Source: Alphaproteobacteria bacterium
GTDB taxonomy: Bacteria; Pseudomonadota; Alphaproteobacteria; JAAXGF01
Direction of reading: 5' to 3'
Length of the DNA: 64,000 nucleotides
NCBI GenBank assembly: GCA_963555825.3
Contig: CAUVXB020000002.1
Coordinates: 2,272,001-2,336,000, forward strand
The notes beneath the pieces were generated by a model. That model had not been told where the DNA came from. It searched no databases and saw nothing but the letters and a program-made list of their open reading frames with translations. The number at the start of each line of letters is the position of its first letter. The stretch's first letter is position 1. Positions 10,665 to 22,259 of this stretch are shown piece after piece. Made by a program: the position numbers and the translations under genes.

Positions 10665-13184
10665 ATGCACGACCCCGAAAGCGATATCCGCGACATCCCA
10701 CTATCTCAACTCGAACTCTCGCCCAGCAACGTGCGCAAGACGCCGGCCGACGCTTCGGCCTTCACCGAGCTCAAGGCCTCGATCGCCGCCCACGGGCTGC
10801 TCGAGAACCTGATTACCCGTTCCATGGGACCCGGCCCGGACGGTGCCGCGCGCTACGCGGTGATCGCCGGCGGTCGGCGGTTGGCTGCGATGCAGGCGCT
10901 GGCCGCCGAGTGCGCGCTGGACGAGGATCACCCCGTGCCCTGCCGCATGATCGGCGGTATCGTGGCGGCCGAAGAAGTTTCGCTGGCCGAGAACAGTGTC
11001 CGCGCCGCCATGCACCCGGCCGATCAGGTCGAGGCGTTCCGCCGCCTTGCCGATGCGGGCAGCACGGCGGCCGCCATCGCGGCGCGCTTCGGGATCTCGG
11101 AGCGCACCGTGGAGAAGCGGCTGAGGCTCGGCAACGCTGCACCGGTGCTGCTTGAGGCCTACCGGGCGGGCGAAATCGATCTGGACACATTGATGGCCTT
11201 CGCCGTCACCACGGATCAGGCGCGCCAGAGCGTGGTCTGGGAGACGGTGAGCCAGCAGGGCTACCGGCCCGGCGTCTGGCAGATCAAGCGCCTGCTGACC
11301 GAGGACCGGGTTCCGGCCACCTCCGCAATCGTGCATTTCGTCGGCCTTGAGGCTTACGAGGCGGCGGGCGGCAGGATCGACCGCGACCTGTTCGCCGAGG
11401 AGGACGAGCGAGGGATCTGGTTCGACGATCCTAATCTCTTGAACAAACTCGCCATGGACAGCCTCCAGGCGGCGGCGAGGGAACTGGAGACGCGCTGGAA
11501 ATGGGCCGAGGCGCGGCTAGACGTGGACTGGAGCGCCACCGCCGCTTTCGGGCGGGTACGCCCGCAACCGGCCGAGCCCACGGACGAAGAGAAGGCCGAG
11601 ATCGAACGCCTCCGGACCCGTAACGACGAACTCGCCAACATGGACGACGACGGCTGGACCGAAGAATTGGTGGAGGAAGCCGAGGGCAACGAAGAGCGGC
11701 TCGACGAGATCGAGGCCATGATCGAGGCCCGCGCGGTCTACCGGCGCGAGGATATCGCCATCGCCGGGTGCATCGCCACCGTCGGCAACGACGGCGAACT
11801 CAAACTGATCCAGGGCCTGGTCAGGCCCGAGGACATGCCCGCGCGCGAATCCAACGATGCGAACATGGCCGGACAAGACGATACCGGCGACGGGGAGAGC
11901 GCCAGTTCCAGCATCGAGGCTCCCACACTTGCGGCTCCCCTCGCTTCGCTCGGCGATGCGGAAGCCGAGGCGCGCAAGGAAGCGGGCGTCGGCATCGGCC
12001 TCGCCGACGACTTGCGGGCCATCCGCACGGCCATCATCAAGAGCCAGCTCGCCTGCGACTTCGAGGCGGCCTTCGATCTCCTGCTGCTCCAGCTTGCCCG
12101 GAGCGTGTTCACCACCGGCTACCATGATGACGCACTCGATATCAGGGCGGCCGAGACCCCGGACCGTCCGGCCATGCGGGTCAACGACGATGCGTTCGGC
12201 GACATCAATGTCGGTGAGAAGCACCTTGAGATCGACCGTGCCGCGCAAAAGCTCGACTGGGCCGGCCTGCCCGAAGCCGAGGCCTTCGCTGAACTGCGGG
12301 CGCTTCCCGAACGGGACAAAAGGACCCTGTTCGCGTCCTGTGTCGCGCGCACGCTGAAGGGTCAACTGGCGTTCGAACCCAAAGCCCGGCCCGAGGTCGA
12401 AGCGACCGTGGCCCGGCTCGACATCGATTTCGCCGCCGCTGTCCGAGGCAACCGCGATCAGGTCTGGACCGCCGATCTGCTGTGGTCGCGCTTGCGCAAG
12501 GACCGCATCCTCGCCATCGCCCGCGAGACGCTGGGCGAGACCTGGGCGCAAGCCGAGGCCAAGCGGAAGAAGGCCGACATTGCCAAGGCGATGCAGGACG
12601 CCTTCGCCCACGGCGGCGATGTGCCCGCCGGGGTCACGGCCGAGGGCCGCGCCGCGGCCATCGCCTGGACGCCGCCGGGCTTCCGCGCCTTCGATACGGG
12701 CGCCGTCAACGACAGTGCCTTGGCTGATGACGAGGGGACAACCGCCCCCGAACAGCAACCGTCGAAGATCGATATGCCATCGGTCGACGCACTGGAACAC
12801 AGCAGCGTCGATCCATCGGGCGCGGATGGGGAGGACCGGCAAGACGACGCTACGGAAGCCGATGCACTACCGGGCGATGATCCTGAACCCACTCCGATGG
12901 AGGCGCCGCGTCCCATGAACGTGAGCGTTCCTGGCATCGTCGAGAGCATCGATGCTCCCGCCGTGGCCGAACGCCGCGCCGCGGCAATCGCCTCGGCCAT
13001 GAACGCGGATGCAACGCTCCCGGTTGCGGCGTCCGCGCCGGAAGTGGCCGGCCCACCCGCCGCCGACGCGAGCGGCCATGGCGTGTCCGTAGAGCGGGAA
13101 CAGGTCCTGGCCCCGCCGCGCGGCAACGGCCACGACAACGGTGCGGAGTTGCTGGAGATACCGGCATTCCTGCGCCGCGGCTGA
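10665..13184 (+). CDS. Long ParB/RepB/Spo0J-family protein of the ICE/plasmid type, with an acidic tail ending LEIPAFLRRG
   Basis: IPLSQLELSPSNVRK, HGLLENL, VIAGGRRL (Box II), SLAEN, then an HTH; 839 aa; RBS GGAGA. Confidence 0.9.
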   Translation: MHDPESDIRDIPLSQLELSPSNVRKTPADASAFTELKASIAAHGLLENLITRSMGPGPDGAARYAVIAGGRRLAAMQALAAECALDEDHPVPCRMIGGIVAAEEVSLAENSVRAAMHPADQVEAFRRLADAGSTAAAIAARFGISERTVEKRLRLGNAAPVLLEAYRAGEIDLDTLMAFAVTTDQARQSVVWETVSQQGYRPGVWQIKRLLTEDRVPATSAIVHFVGLEAYEAAGGRIDRDLFAEEDERGIWFDDPNLLNKLAMDSLQAAARELETRWKWAEARLDVDWSATAAFGRVRPQPAEPTDEEKAEIERLRTRNDELANMDDDGWTEELVEEAEGNEERLDEIEAMIEARAVYRREDIAIAGCIATVGNDGELKLIQGLVRPEDMPARESNDANMAGQDDTGDGESASSSIEAPTLAAPLASLGDAEAEARKEAGVGIGLADDLRAIRTAIIKSQLACDFEAAFDLLLLQLARSVFTTGYHDDALDIRAAETPDRPAMRVNDDAFGDINVGEKHLEIDRAAQKLDWAGLPEAEAFAELRALPERDKRTLFASCVARTLKGQLAFEPKARPEVEATVARLDIDFAAAVRGNRDQVWTADLLWSRLRKDRILAIARETLGETWAQAEAKRKKADIAKAMQDAFAHGGDVPAGVTAEGRAAAIAWTPPGFRAFDTGAVNDSALADDEGTTAPEQQPSKIDMPSVDALEHSSVDPSGADGEDRQDDATEADALPGDDPEPTPMEAPRPMNVSVPGIVESIDAPAVAERRAAAIASAMNADATLPVAASAPEVAGPPAADASGHGVSVEREQVLAPPRGNGHDNGAELLEIPAFLRRG

Positions 13185-13209
13185 ACCACCGCGTTCTTCT
13201 CTCACGACA

Positions 13210-13245
13210 ACGCCCCGCCGGCTTCAGTCCGGCGGGGCGTCTTTC
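13210..13245 (+). terminator. Hairpin downstream of the parB-like gene
   Basis: 12-bp perfect stem ACGCCCCGCCGG/CCGGCGGGGCGT followed by CTTT; weak U-tract. Confidence 0.6.
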
Positions 13246-13275
13246 GTTCCCGTATCGACAACCAGGAGATTCCCA

Positions 13276-14620
13276 ATGTCTACCGTACAGAATGCCGTTA
13301 CGGCCGAGGCCGGCGATAGTTCCGCCACGATCCGCGCCCGCGTCGGCGACAGCGCCATTGACAAGGTAACCCGGCTGTTTTCGGCTAGCCTTGCCGATAT
13401 TTTCACCGAGACGCTGCAAAACTCACGCCGTGGCGGTGCCAACCGCGTCGCCGCAACCATCGAGCAGGACGGCGACACCACCCGCGTTACTCTCATCGAC
13501 GGTGGCGCCGGGATCGCCGATCCTGCGGTCCTGCTGACCTTCGGCGAGAGCGGCTGGAAGGCCGGCATCGCCGAGGCGGAGGATCCCGCCGGGTTCGGGC
13601 TTCTCGCTCTCTCGCGCCGGGGCTGCACGCTGCGCTGGCGCCGCCCCGGCGGGGACCCAAGCCCAGGCTACCGCTTGACGCTGGAGCCTGTTCACTTTCT
13701 CGGCCGCGATGCGGCCCATGTCGTCCTGGACGACAGCGCCCCCTGGCCCCATGGCACTGCGGTCACCTTCGAAGCGTCCGAGGCGCCTCACTCCGTCCGC
13801 GCTTTCCTTGAGTCCGCCGCCCGCCATTATCCATTGCCGGTCACCATCGGCGGAGAGACCGTCGAACGCCGCGCCTTCCTGGACGGCGCGCTCCATGTGG
13901 AACCATGGAAGGGCCTCGTGTTCGGCATCTTCAAGGACAGCCATGCGGGCTACCGCATTCCCGACGTCAACTTTCACGGCCTGACCCTGCCGGTGCGCCT
14001 GCCGCAGATCGACACGGTGGAAGGCGGCACCTGGTCGGCGCGCGCCGACATCGACTCCTGCCCCGATCTGGAGCTGGTCCTGCCCGCGAGAAAGGAAGCG
14101 GTGGAGACCCCGTTTCTGGAAGAGATGCGCGAGGCCGCGGGGCTTGCCGTCTACCGCGCCATGGCCCAGGCCGTTCCGGCCCCGCGGGTTGCCTGGACCG
14201 ACTGGCACAAGGCGAAAGAGGCCGGGATCGAGATTCCCGAGCCACCGGCCGAGCTACGCCTCTGGCATCCCACCATCGCCGACACCGACTATTGGGACGA
14301 GCGGTCCGCCTTCGCAGGCGTAGGCACCGACGCCCTGGTGATGCAGGCCGACCCCGAGCCGCCCGAGGCCCAGGCGCTTCATCGCGGCCTCGGCCTGACC
14401 GAGCTTCAGGACGGATCGGAACGAACGCTCCAGTTGTTCGCCCCCGAGCCGCGTTTCGACGGTTATCCCTGGTACGACGCGCTCGCGCGCGTCACCGGCA
14501 TCAAGACCCTTATTACCGTGGATGGCGCCGTCCGTTCGCTGGATTACTTCACCAACCGGGAAAACGGCGGCGAGCCGGAACGGCCCGAGACCATCGTGAT
14601 GCACCTGAATGTCCTGCATC
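13276..14620 (+). pseudogene. GHKL (HATPase_c-type) ATP-binding protein, C-terminus cut by IS30
   Basis: RBS AGGAG; ETLQNSRR, DGGAGI and AGFGLL Bergerat-fold motifs; the frame runs into the IS30 end. Confidence 0.75.
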
Positions 14621-15305
14621 CGCTGCCGCCTCAACCGGTCGATGCAACACAAGCGTTGAATCTCTCTGCCGGTGTTTCAAACCCCAAGGTTTTGCGTGGC
14701 CGTTCGTTGAGCTGACGCGCCACTTTGTTCAGATGAGCCTGCGAGTATACCGACACGTCGGTGCCTTTGGGGAAGTACTGTCTGAGCAGGCCATTAGTGT
14801 TCTCATTGGAACCCCGTTGCCACGGGCTTTGCGGATCACAGAAGTAGACATCGATGTCGGTCGCCAGGCTGAACCGGCGATGGTCCGCGAGTTCCTTGCC
14901 CCGGTCCCAGGTCAGGGACTTGTAGAGCTCGGTCGGCAGCTTCCTCGCCTGCCTGATGAGCGCGGATACCACTGTCAGGGTTTCCTTGTTGGCAACCTTT
15001 ACCAACATCACGTAACGCGTTTGACGTTCGACCAGGGTCGCGATGTAGCTGTTCTTCGATCCCGACAACAGATCACCTTCCCAGTGACCCGGCACCGCCC
15101 GATCTTCGACCGAGGCCGGGCGCTCACGGATCGACACCATGTCCGTGATTTGACCCCGGCCAACGCCTTTCCGGCGCGCCTCTTTCGAGCGTCGGATCGT
15201 GCGCTTCGACCGAAGATGCTGAAGCAGCTCCTTCTTAAGCACACCGCGGGCTTGAACAAACAAACTGCGATAGATCGTCTCGTGAGACACCTGATAAGAC
15301 CCAGC
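14621..15305 (-). mobile_element. IS30-family remnant, 5' part removed at the IS6 boundary
   Basis: SHETIY, GHWEGD, TWDRGKE, SPWQRGSNENTNGLLRQYFPK; stop at 14631. Right boundary approximate. Confidence 0.9.
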
Positions 15306-16111
15306 GGCATTGTCACGTTAACAGCGTGGCTTCGGCACGGCCGGTGCTTTAGCGTCTCTGGATGTGCAAGATATCCTACCGTCGTCACCGCTTTCCACCG
15401 GTCATCATCCAGCATGCCGTCTGGCTCTATTGCCGTTTCACGCTGAGCTATCGGGACGTTGAGGACCTGCTTGCCGAGCGTGGTCTCGACATCTCGTATG
15501 AGACAGTTCGAAGATGGGTCTTGAAATTCGGTCGGGCCTATGCGCGGCGGATTCAACGTCGGCGGCCACGACCGACCGAACGCTGGCACCTGGACGAGAT
15601 GGTCGTCGTAATTCGAGGGAGGCAGTTCTATCTCTGGCGTGCCGTGGACAGTGAGGGCGAAGTCCTGGATTCCCTGGTTCAATCCCGCAGGAACGCTCGG
15701 GCGGCAATTCGGCTGATGCGGAAACTCTTGAAGAAGCAGGGCTTCGCGCCGGCGACGATTGTAACCGATAAACTCCGCTCCTACGGCACCGCGATCCGTT
15801 TGCTTGCCCTCTCGGCTCAGCATGAGCAAGGCCTGCGAAAGAACAATCGGGCAGAAAATTCACATCAGCCGGTGCGACGACGAGAGCGAAAGATGCAGCG
15901 GTTCAAATCGCCCGCGTCCGCGCAGCGGTTCCTCGCCGTCCATGCGACCGTCTACAACCTCTTCAACGTCCAACGCCATCTGGTCTCCCGCCGAACACTC
16001 CGCCAATTCCGCGGCGACGCGATGAGACAGTGGGGGCAAGTGACGACCGTTGCATAATCTCCGGCGTCGGCGCCCACAAGCTGGTTACACGGTGGTTAAC
16101 GTGACAACGCC
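15306..16111 (+). mobile_element. IS6-family element (transposase 15362-16057)
   Basis: IRs GGCATTGTCACGTTAAC / GTTAACGTGACAACGCC; WHLDE, YLWRAVD, VTDK, NNRAENSH motifs; no target duplication and both neighbours truncated. Confidence 0.95.
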
Positions 16112-16379
16112 CTCGGCGCTCTATGACGAGATGCTGGCGGGCTGGCGCAGTCTGGCGCTGCAGGTGACGACCCAGGCCCAGGTGCGGACCGAGGTCGTGT
16201 GGTTCAACTTCGCGCCCGACCGGGTGCATTGGGCGAGCTACGCAGGCCGGAACTTCACCGACCGCCAGCGCATCAAGCGTAAGGCGGCCAACTGGGGCCG
16301 GCGTTACAAGGCCTTGCCGGCGGGCGAACGCCTCGCGGTGCTGGCCGCCATGATGGCCGTCGATGCCGAGGACCCGTGA
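16112..16379 (+). pseudogene. C-terminal part of a probable Dam/D12-type DNA adenine methyltransferase
   Basis: SALYDEMLAGW...RTEVVWFNF resembles the C-terminus of D12-class methylases; the N-terminus is lost at IS6, so no catalytic motif is visible. Confidence 0.5.
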
Positions 16380-19159
16380 CGCTGTCGCGCTGGCACGAGG
16401 ACCTCGCCGCCCATGACGAGGCCTTCGCGTGCCTGCAAGATCTTCTTGACCCCTCATCCTTCGCAACCACAGTCGTCAAGGCCTTCCGGGAATGGGGCCA
16501 GGGGCTGTTGCGCCTGGCCACGGCGCTCGTCCGGGAGAATGCCGCGCTCGAGCGGGAGAACGCGACCCTGCGGGACCGCATCGCCGAGCTCGAGCGGAGC
16601 GCGGCGCTTGACAGCACCACCAGCAGCAAGCCGCCCGCCAGCGACGGCCTGCGCAAGAAGAGCGGAACCCAGAGGCGCACCCGAAGCCAGCGCGGCAAGT
16701 CCGGCAGGCCAAGCGGCGGCCAGCCGGGCCACAAGGGAACGACGCTGGCGCGGACCGAGAGCCCGGACCATGTTGTGGATCATGACCCCTCCGCCTGTTC
16801 GGGCTGCGGCGCACCGCTGTCGGACGCCGACCGTCACCGCGCGCCCGTCTGTCGACAGGTCTTCGATGTGCCCGAGCCACGCCCCCTGGAGGTCACCGAA
16901 CACCGCGCCCATCGCTGCCTCTGCGGCGCCTGCGCCACCGTGACAGGAGCCGTCTTCCCGGACGGCGTGACCGCCCCGGTCCAGTACGGGCCACGCATCA
17001 CCGCCTGGGTGAGCTACCTGCTGTACGCCCAGTTCGTTCCCGAGAAGCGCTTGGCCGAACTCATGAGCGACCTCTTCGCAGTGTCCATCTCCACAGCCAC
17101 GATCACCGCCATGGGCCGGCGAACCGCCAGGCGCTTCGAGCCCTTCCTCGCCCATGTCGCAGACGTGATCCGCACAGCGGTCCCGGTCAAGCACCTCGAC
17201 GAAACCGGCCTGAGGATCGCCGCCCGTACCCGCTGGCTCCACGTGCTGTGCACCCCATTCCTGACCGTCCTGCGCATCGGCGCGGGACGCGGCGATGTCG
17301 AAAAGGACCTCGAAGGCATCCTCATCCATGACGATTACGCCGCCTACTTCACCCTCAAGGGCGTGCGCCACGGCGCCTGCAACGCCCATCACCTGCGCGA
17401 ACTCCAGGCCCTGATCGACATCGAGAAGGAAGACTGGGCAAAGAGCATGCACCGCCTCCTTGAGCGCGCACACAGGGCTACCCGCTTCTCCCGTGAGAAC
17501 GGCCGCGACGTGCCCGCCTCCCTGGTGGCCCGGATCTCGCGGGCCTGGGCCCGCATCCTCGACCACGCCATCGCCTTCCACGAGGCGCAGCCGCCGCTCC
17601 GGACCGGCAAGCGCGGACGAAAGAAACGCCGCATCGGTCATAACCTCGCGCTCCGCCTCCGCAAGCACAAGGAGGGATGCCTGCGATTCCTCACCGACCC
17701 GCGCACGCCGTTTACGAACAATGAGGCCGAACGTGACCTCCGAATGGCCAAGCTGCGCCAGAAGATCTCCGGTGGCTTCCGCTCCGAGAGGGGTGCCTAC
17801 AACTTCGCCAGAATGCGTGCCGTCATCGCCACCGCCCGAAAGCAAGGCTGGAACGTCCTCCAGACCCTGGTGCATCCCGATCCGATGCAACTAATACCAA
17901 CGGCGCAAAATTCTGACTCGCAAGGGATTCCCTTTTTGGGCTGGATGTGATTCAAGGCTGGCGAAGGAGATTCGCCATGTCAGTATGCATTGCTCTTCGG
18001 GACGACTACGACAGCATTGAGCTCCGGTGTTTGGCCAAGCACAGTCGCGATCCCCGCCAAGTTCGCCGGCTTTTGGCCTTGGCGGCGGTTTACGACGGCA
18101 TGAGCCGAGCGGAAGCCGCTAAGGTCGGCGGCATGGATCGCCAGACGCTGAGAGACTGGGCGCACCGCTTCAACGATGAAGGGGCAGACGGCTTGAAGAA
18201 CCGTCCCGGTGCGGGCCGCCCCCGGCTCTTGACCGACGAGCAGATGGGCGAACTGTCGGTGATCGTCGAAACGGGCCCCGATCCAGAGATTGACGGTGTG
18301 GTTCGCTGGCGGCGGGTTGACCTGAAACGGGTGATCGAAGAACGCTTTGGCGTGATCTATAGCGAGCGGGCGATCTCCGACCTTCTCGTCGCGCTGTCCT
18401 TCTCCCACATCAGCGCCCGGCCGCAGCACCCCAAGCAGGACCAGCGGGTGATCGAGGCGTTCAAAAAAACTTCCCCCGCACGCTCGCTGCCCACCTAGCC
18501 GGTCTGCCCAAGACCAAGCGGGTCGAGATCTGGTTCCAAGACGAGGCCAGGCTGGGACAGAAGAACGGGCGTGTGCGCATTTGGGCGAAGAAGGGAACAA
18601 GGCCACGCCTGCCCGCCGATCAGCGCTACACGAACGCCTACCTCTTTGGCGCAATCTGTCCCATGGGAGCCAAGGGTGCCGCTCTCATGCTCCCCTTCGC
18701 CAACACAGCCGCCATGCAGATGCATCTCGACGAGATCAGCTGCAACGTCGCCGCCAAGGCCCATGGCGTCGTCCTGATGGACCGCGCCGGGTGGCACAGC
18801 ACCGACCAGCTCAAGGTCCCCAAGAACCTCACCATCATCCTGCTGCCATCGCGCTCGCCCGAGCTGAACCCGGTCGAGAACATCTGGCAATACCTCCGCC
18901 AGAATTGGCTCTCTAACCGCGTCTTCGAAGATTACGACGCCATCATCGAGGCCGGTTGCCAAGCCTGGAACAAACTAATCGACCAGCCCGAGACGATCAT
19001 GTCCATCGGAATGAGAGATTGGGCGATTTCAGGTCAATAATTAGTGCCGTTGGTATAATCCCCCAACTGCGCCTCTGAGAACACCGGCACCGCTACCAGC
19101 CCGGACCGCCACGATCCCTCACATACAAACGCTCGGGCCAATCAGACCTGGGTAGTTAC
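16376..19159 (+). mobile_element. IS66-family transposase (single-ORF type) with right end; last codons split by IS630 type B
   Basis: SSKPPASDG, CSGCG, QYGP, HLDETG, CNAHHLREL, PFTNNEAERDLR; rejoined end MQLIPQLRL*; terminal GTAGTTAC at 19159. Confidence 0.9.
17895..19055 (+). mobile_element. IS630-family element type B (ORFs 17977-18498 and to 19040)
   Basis: IRs TACCAACGGC / GCCGTTGGTA; flanks TAA/TAA; A7 slippery run; MDRAGWH and SPELNPVE motifs. Confidence 0.95.
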
Positions 19160-19972
19160 GTTCGATCAAGAGTATGTCGCCAGCATCGAGATCCAAGGAT
19201 GCCGTGAGGATCGCGTTTGCAGAGTGTGCATTGCCGCTGCTGGTGTCGAAGGTGGAACAGCCCTTTAGGCGGGCCGCCGGGGCGATTCCCGTTACGCCGA
19301 TGCCATTCTGTTCCGCACAGATTTCACCGATCACGGCGGTGCCGTGGTTGCGCCAATCAGCACGAGTTTGGCCGTCCAGGAGCCGTCGGTCGTGTTGATC
19401 AGGACCTCGTGGTCAAAGCGCCAATCTCCCTCCACGTCGACGACCTTCACGCCGTCACCGCGCCCGCCGGCGATCGTCCACCCATGTCGGGCATCAACCC
19501 CTGCAGGCGCCGGGTCGAGGTAGCCCTGAAGATGCTGCAGATCGGGCGAAGCCGGATTGGGAACGTGAGCCATGGGCTTCAAGCCGCGCTGCAGTTCGCC
19601 GATATCGACCTCGTCATATGCTGGCGCCACGGGCAGCTCCGCTGCTGGCTTCACATATGCTCCGGCGACCTCAGGGAGCTCGATCATCCTGCGCGCCAGT
19701 TCCTCCATGCGCGTCTCCTGCGCATCAATGAAATAGAACGAACGCAACGGCGAATCGGGTTTTACACCAAGTCCCGCGGTCGCCGAAGCGGGTGTTGCCA
19801 GAGCACTTTCGGCCAGATGTGCTTGGACCAGGGGCACCATGCTCAACGACTCTGAGGTAAGGAAAGTATGCAACTGACCTGTCTCGGACGGCATCGGCGA
19901 TCCGGTCTCGGCTGCTTCAGCTACTTCGTGGAGACGAACCACAAACTCTTTCGCGTTCGCACGACTATCCAT
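19160..19972 (-). pseudogene. S8 subtilisin-like peptidase, frameshifted and truncated at the IS66 end
   Basis: GGRGDGVKVVDVE (Asp motif), then in another frame HGTAVIGEI..GVTGIAPAA (His motif); Ser motif absent. Confidence 0.8.
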
Positions 19973-20024
19973 CTTAGCCCCCCCTTATTACTATGGTTGA
20001 AAATGCTATTGATATAACGACTGA

Positions 20025-21199
20025 TACCAGTGAGCGCCTGAATTGACTCTCGGGATATTCATTGATGGCGGATGATGGCGGATTGTGATTCTATGGTCTC
20101 CCACCAGATGTGGGGGATGTCATGGGATCAGCACTCAAGATACGGGATGATTTGACGCCTTTGGAGCTTCGGCGCTGGGCTCGCGTGGAATCGTACGGTC
20201 GAGCGGCGGCGCGGGCCTATGGGATCGCGAATGCTTTGGAGGAGATGCCCCGGGCTGATGCCGCGCGGCTTGCGGGGATGGATCGCCAAACGCTTCGCGA
20301 CGCGGTTGTTCGTTACAATGCAAAGGGATTGGAGGGGCTTCACGACCGTCCAAAGGGCTACTCGCCGCGGCGGCTGACGGCAGACGAGGAAGCGGCGCTG
20401 GCGGCGGTCATCATCGCCGGGCCGGAGCCTGAGCGCGACGGGGTTTGCGCCTGGACCCGGGCCGATCTGTGCCGCTGGCTGGAGGAGCGCTTCGCCAAGA
20501 CCTACCACCCCTCGAGCATGACCCGGGTTCTACGGCGGATGGGATTTTCCCGCCAGAAGGCGCGCCCGAGCCACCCGCGAAGGGACGCCGAAGCGCAGGA
20601 GCGCTTCAAAAAAGGGGGCTTCGCGACATCCTGAAGGCGACCGCCGCGGCGCATCCCGACAAGCGCCTACAGCTGTGGTTTCAGGATGAAGCGCGCGTCG
20701 GCAACAAGGGCCGGGTGTGTCACCGGTGGTGGCGCAGGGGCGAGCGTGCCCCCGGGACGCGTCAAATCGGCTACCAGTGGGCCTACATCTTCTCCGCCGT
20801 GCGCCCGGACACCGGCGACGACGTCACCCTGGTGATGCCGAGCGTCAACGCCAAGGTCATGGACCTGTTTCTCGCACACTTCGCCGATACCCTGGACCAG
20901 GATGCGCACGCCGTCATGATGTGCGACGGCGCCGGTTGGCACGACGAGCGCGCCCTCACCGTCCCCGACAACGTCACCTTGGCGCTGTTGCCGCCTTACA
21001 GTCCCGAACTCAACCCCGTCGAGCGGGTTTGGCTCTACCTACGCGAACGCTTCCTATCGCTCCGCGTCCTCGACGACACCGAGGCCATCATCGACGCCTG
21101 TTGCCAAGCATGGATCGACCTCATCGCAGAACCGGATCGTATGCGAACCCTCTGCGCCTATCCATGGATCATGAAGGTGATTTCATAGGCTCACTGGTA
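20025..21199 (+). mobile_element. IS630 type A (copy 2)
   Basis: Same ORF translations as copy 1; A6G5 at 20608-20618; flanks TGA / TAA. Confidence 0.95.
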
Positions 21200-21202
21200 T
21201 AA

Positions 21203-22068
21203 TACCAGTGAGCGCCTGAATTGACTCTCGGGATATTCATTGATGGCGGATGATGGCGGATTGTGATTCTATGGTCTCCCACCAGATGTGGGGGATGTCA
21301 TGGGATCAGCACTCAAGATACGGGATGATTTGACGCCTTTGGAGCTTCGGCGCTGGGCTCGCGTGGAATCGTACGGTCGAGCGGCGGCGCGGGCCTATGG
21401 GATCGCGAATGCTTTGGAGGAGATGCCCCGGGCTGATGCCGCGCGGCTTGCGGGGATGGATCGCCAAACGCTTCGCGACGCGGTTGTTCGTTACAATGCA
21501 AAGGGATTGGAGGGGCTTCACGACCGTCCAAAGGGCTACTCGCCGCGGCGGCTGACGGCAGACGAGGAAGCGGCGCTGGCGGCGGTCATCATCGCCGGGC
21601 CGGAGCCTGAGCGCGACGGGGTTTGCGCCTGGACCCGGGCCGATCTGTGCCGCTGGCTGGAGGAGCGCTTCGCCAAGACCTACCACCCCTCGAGCATGAC
21701 CCGGGTTCTACGGCGGATGGGATTTTCCCGCCAGAAGGCGCGCCCGAGCCACCCGCGAAGGGACGCCGAAGCGCAGGAGCGCTTCAAAAAAGGGGGCTTC
21801 GCGACATCCTGAAGGCGACCGCCGCGGCGCATCCCGACAAGCGCCTACAGCTGTGGTTTCAGGATGAAGCGCGCGTCGGCAACAAGGGCCGGGTGTGTCA
21901 CCGGTGGTGGCGCAGGGGCGAGCGTGCCCCCGGGACGCGTCAAATCGGCTACCAGTGGGCCTACATCTTCTCCGCCGTGCGCCCGGACACCGGCGACGAC
22001 GTCACCCTGGTGATGCCGAGCGTCAACGCCAAGGTCATGGACCTGTTTCTCGAACACTTCGCCGATAT
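21203..22068 (+). mobile_element. IS630 type A (copy 3), tandem to copy 2, truncated by IS21
   Basis: Starts TACCAGTGAGC 3 bp after copy 2; ends at the IS21 terminus TGTCAATGG. Confidence 0.95.
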
Positions 22069-22259
22069 TGTCAATGGCGGAGCAAAAAGGGACCACCTCG
22101 GCGGTGTAAGAAGGGACCGCTTGGCGGCTGCGGGCTTGTCCCCGTAGTCCACGGGAGGGCCCCGCGCGCGACGCGGCGTGCCCTCAACAGGCTGACGCGG
22201 CGGCGCGCGCGGGAGGGACCTGTGGGCCCACGGGGTCAAGCGTGGGCTGGGTGGTCGGT

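Noticed and set aside
13141-14715. 524-aa ORF as one intact protein or a GHKL-transposase fusion
   Set aside because: The real start is the ATG at 13276, and the last residues come from the antisense IS30 end.
19160-19972. S8 peptidase as part of an AAA-ATPase/peptidase defence or toxin-antitoxin pair
   Set aside because: No partner ATPase is adjacent, and the gene is frameshifted and truncated, so its context is lost.
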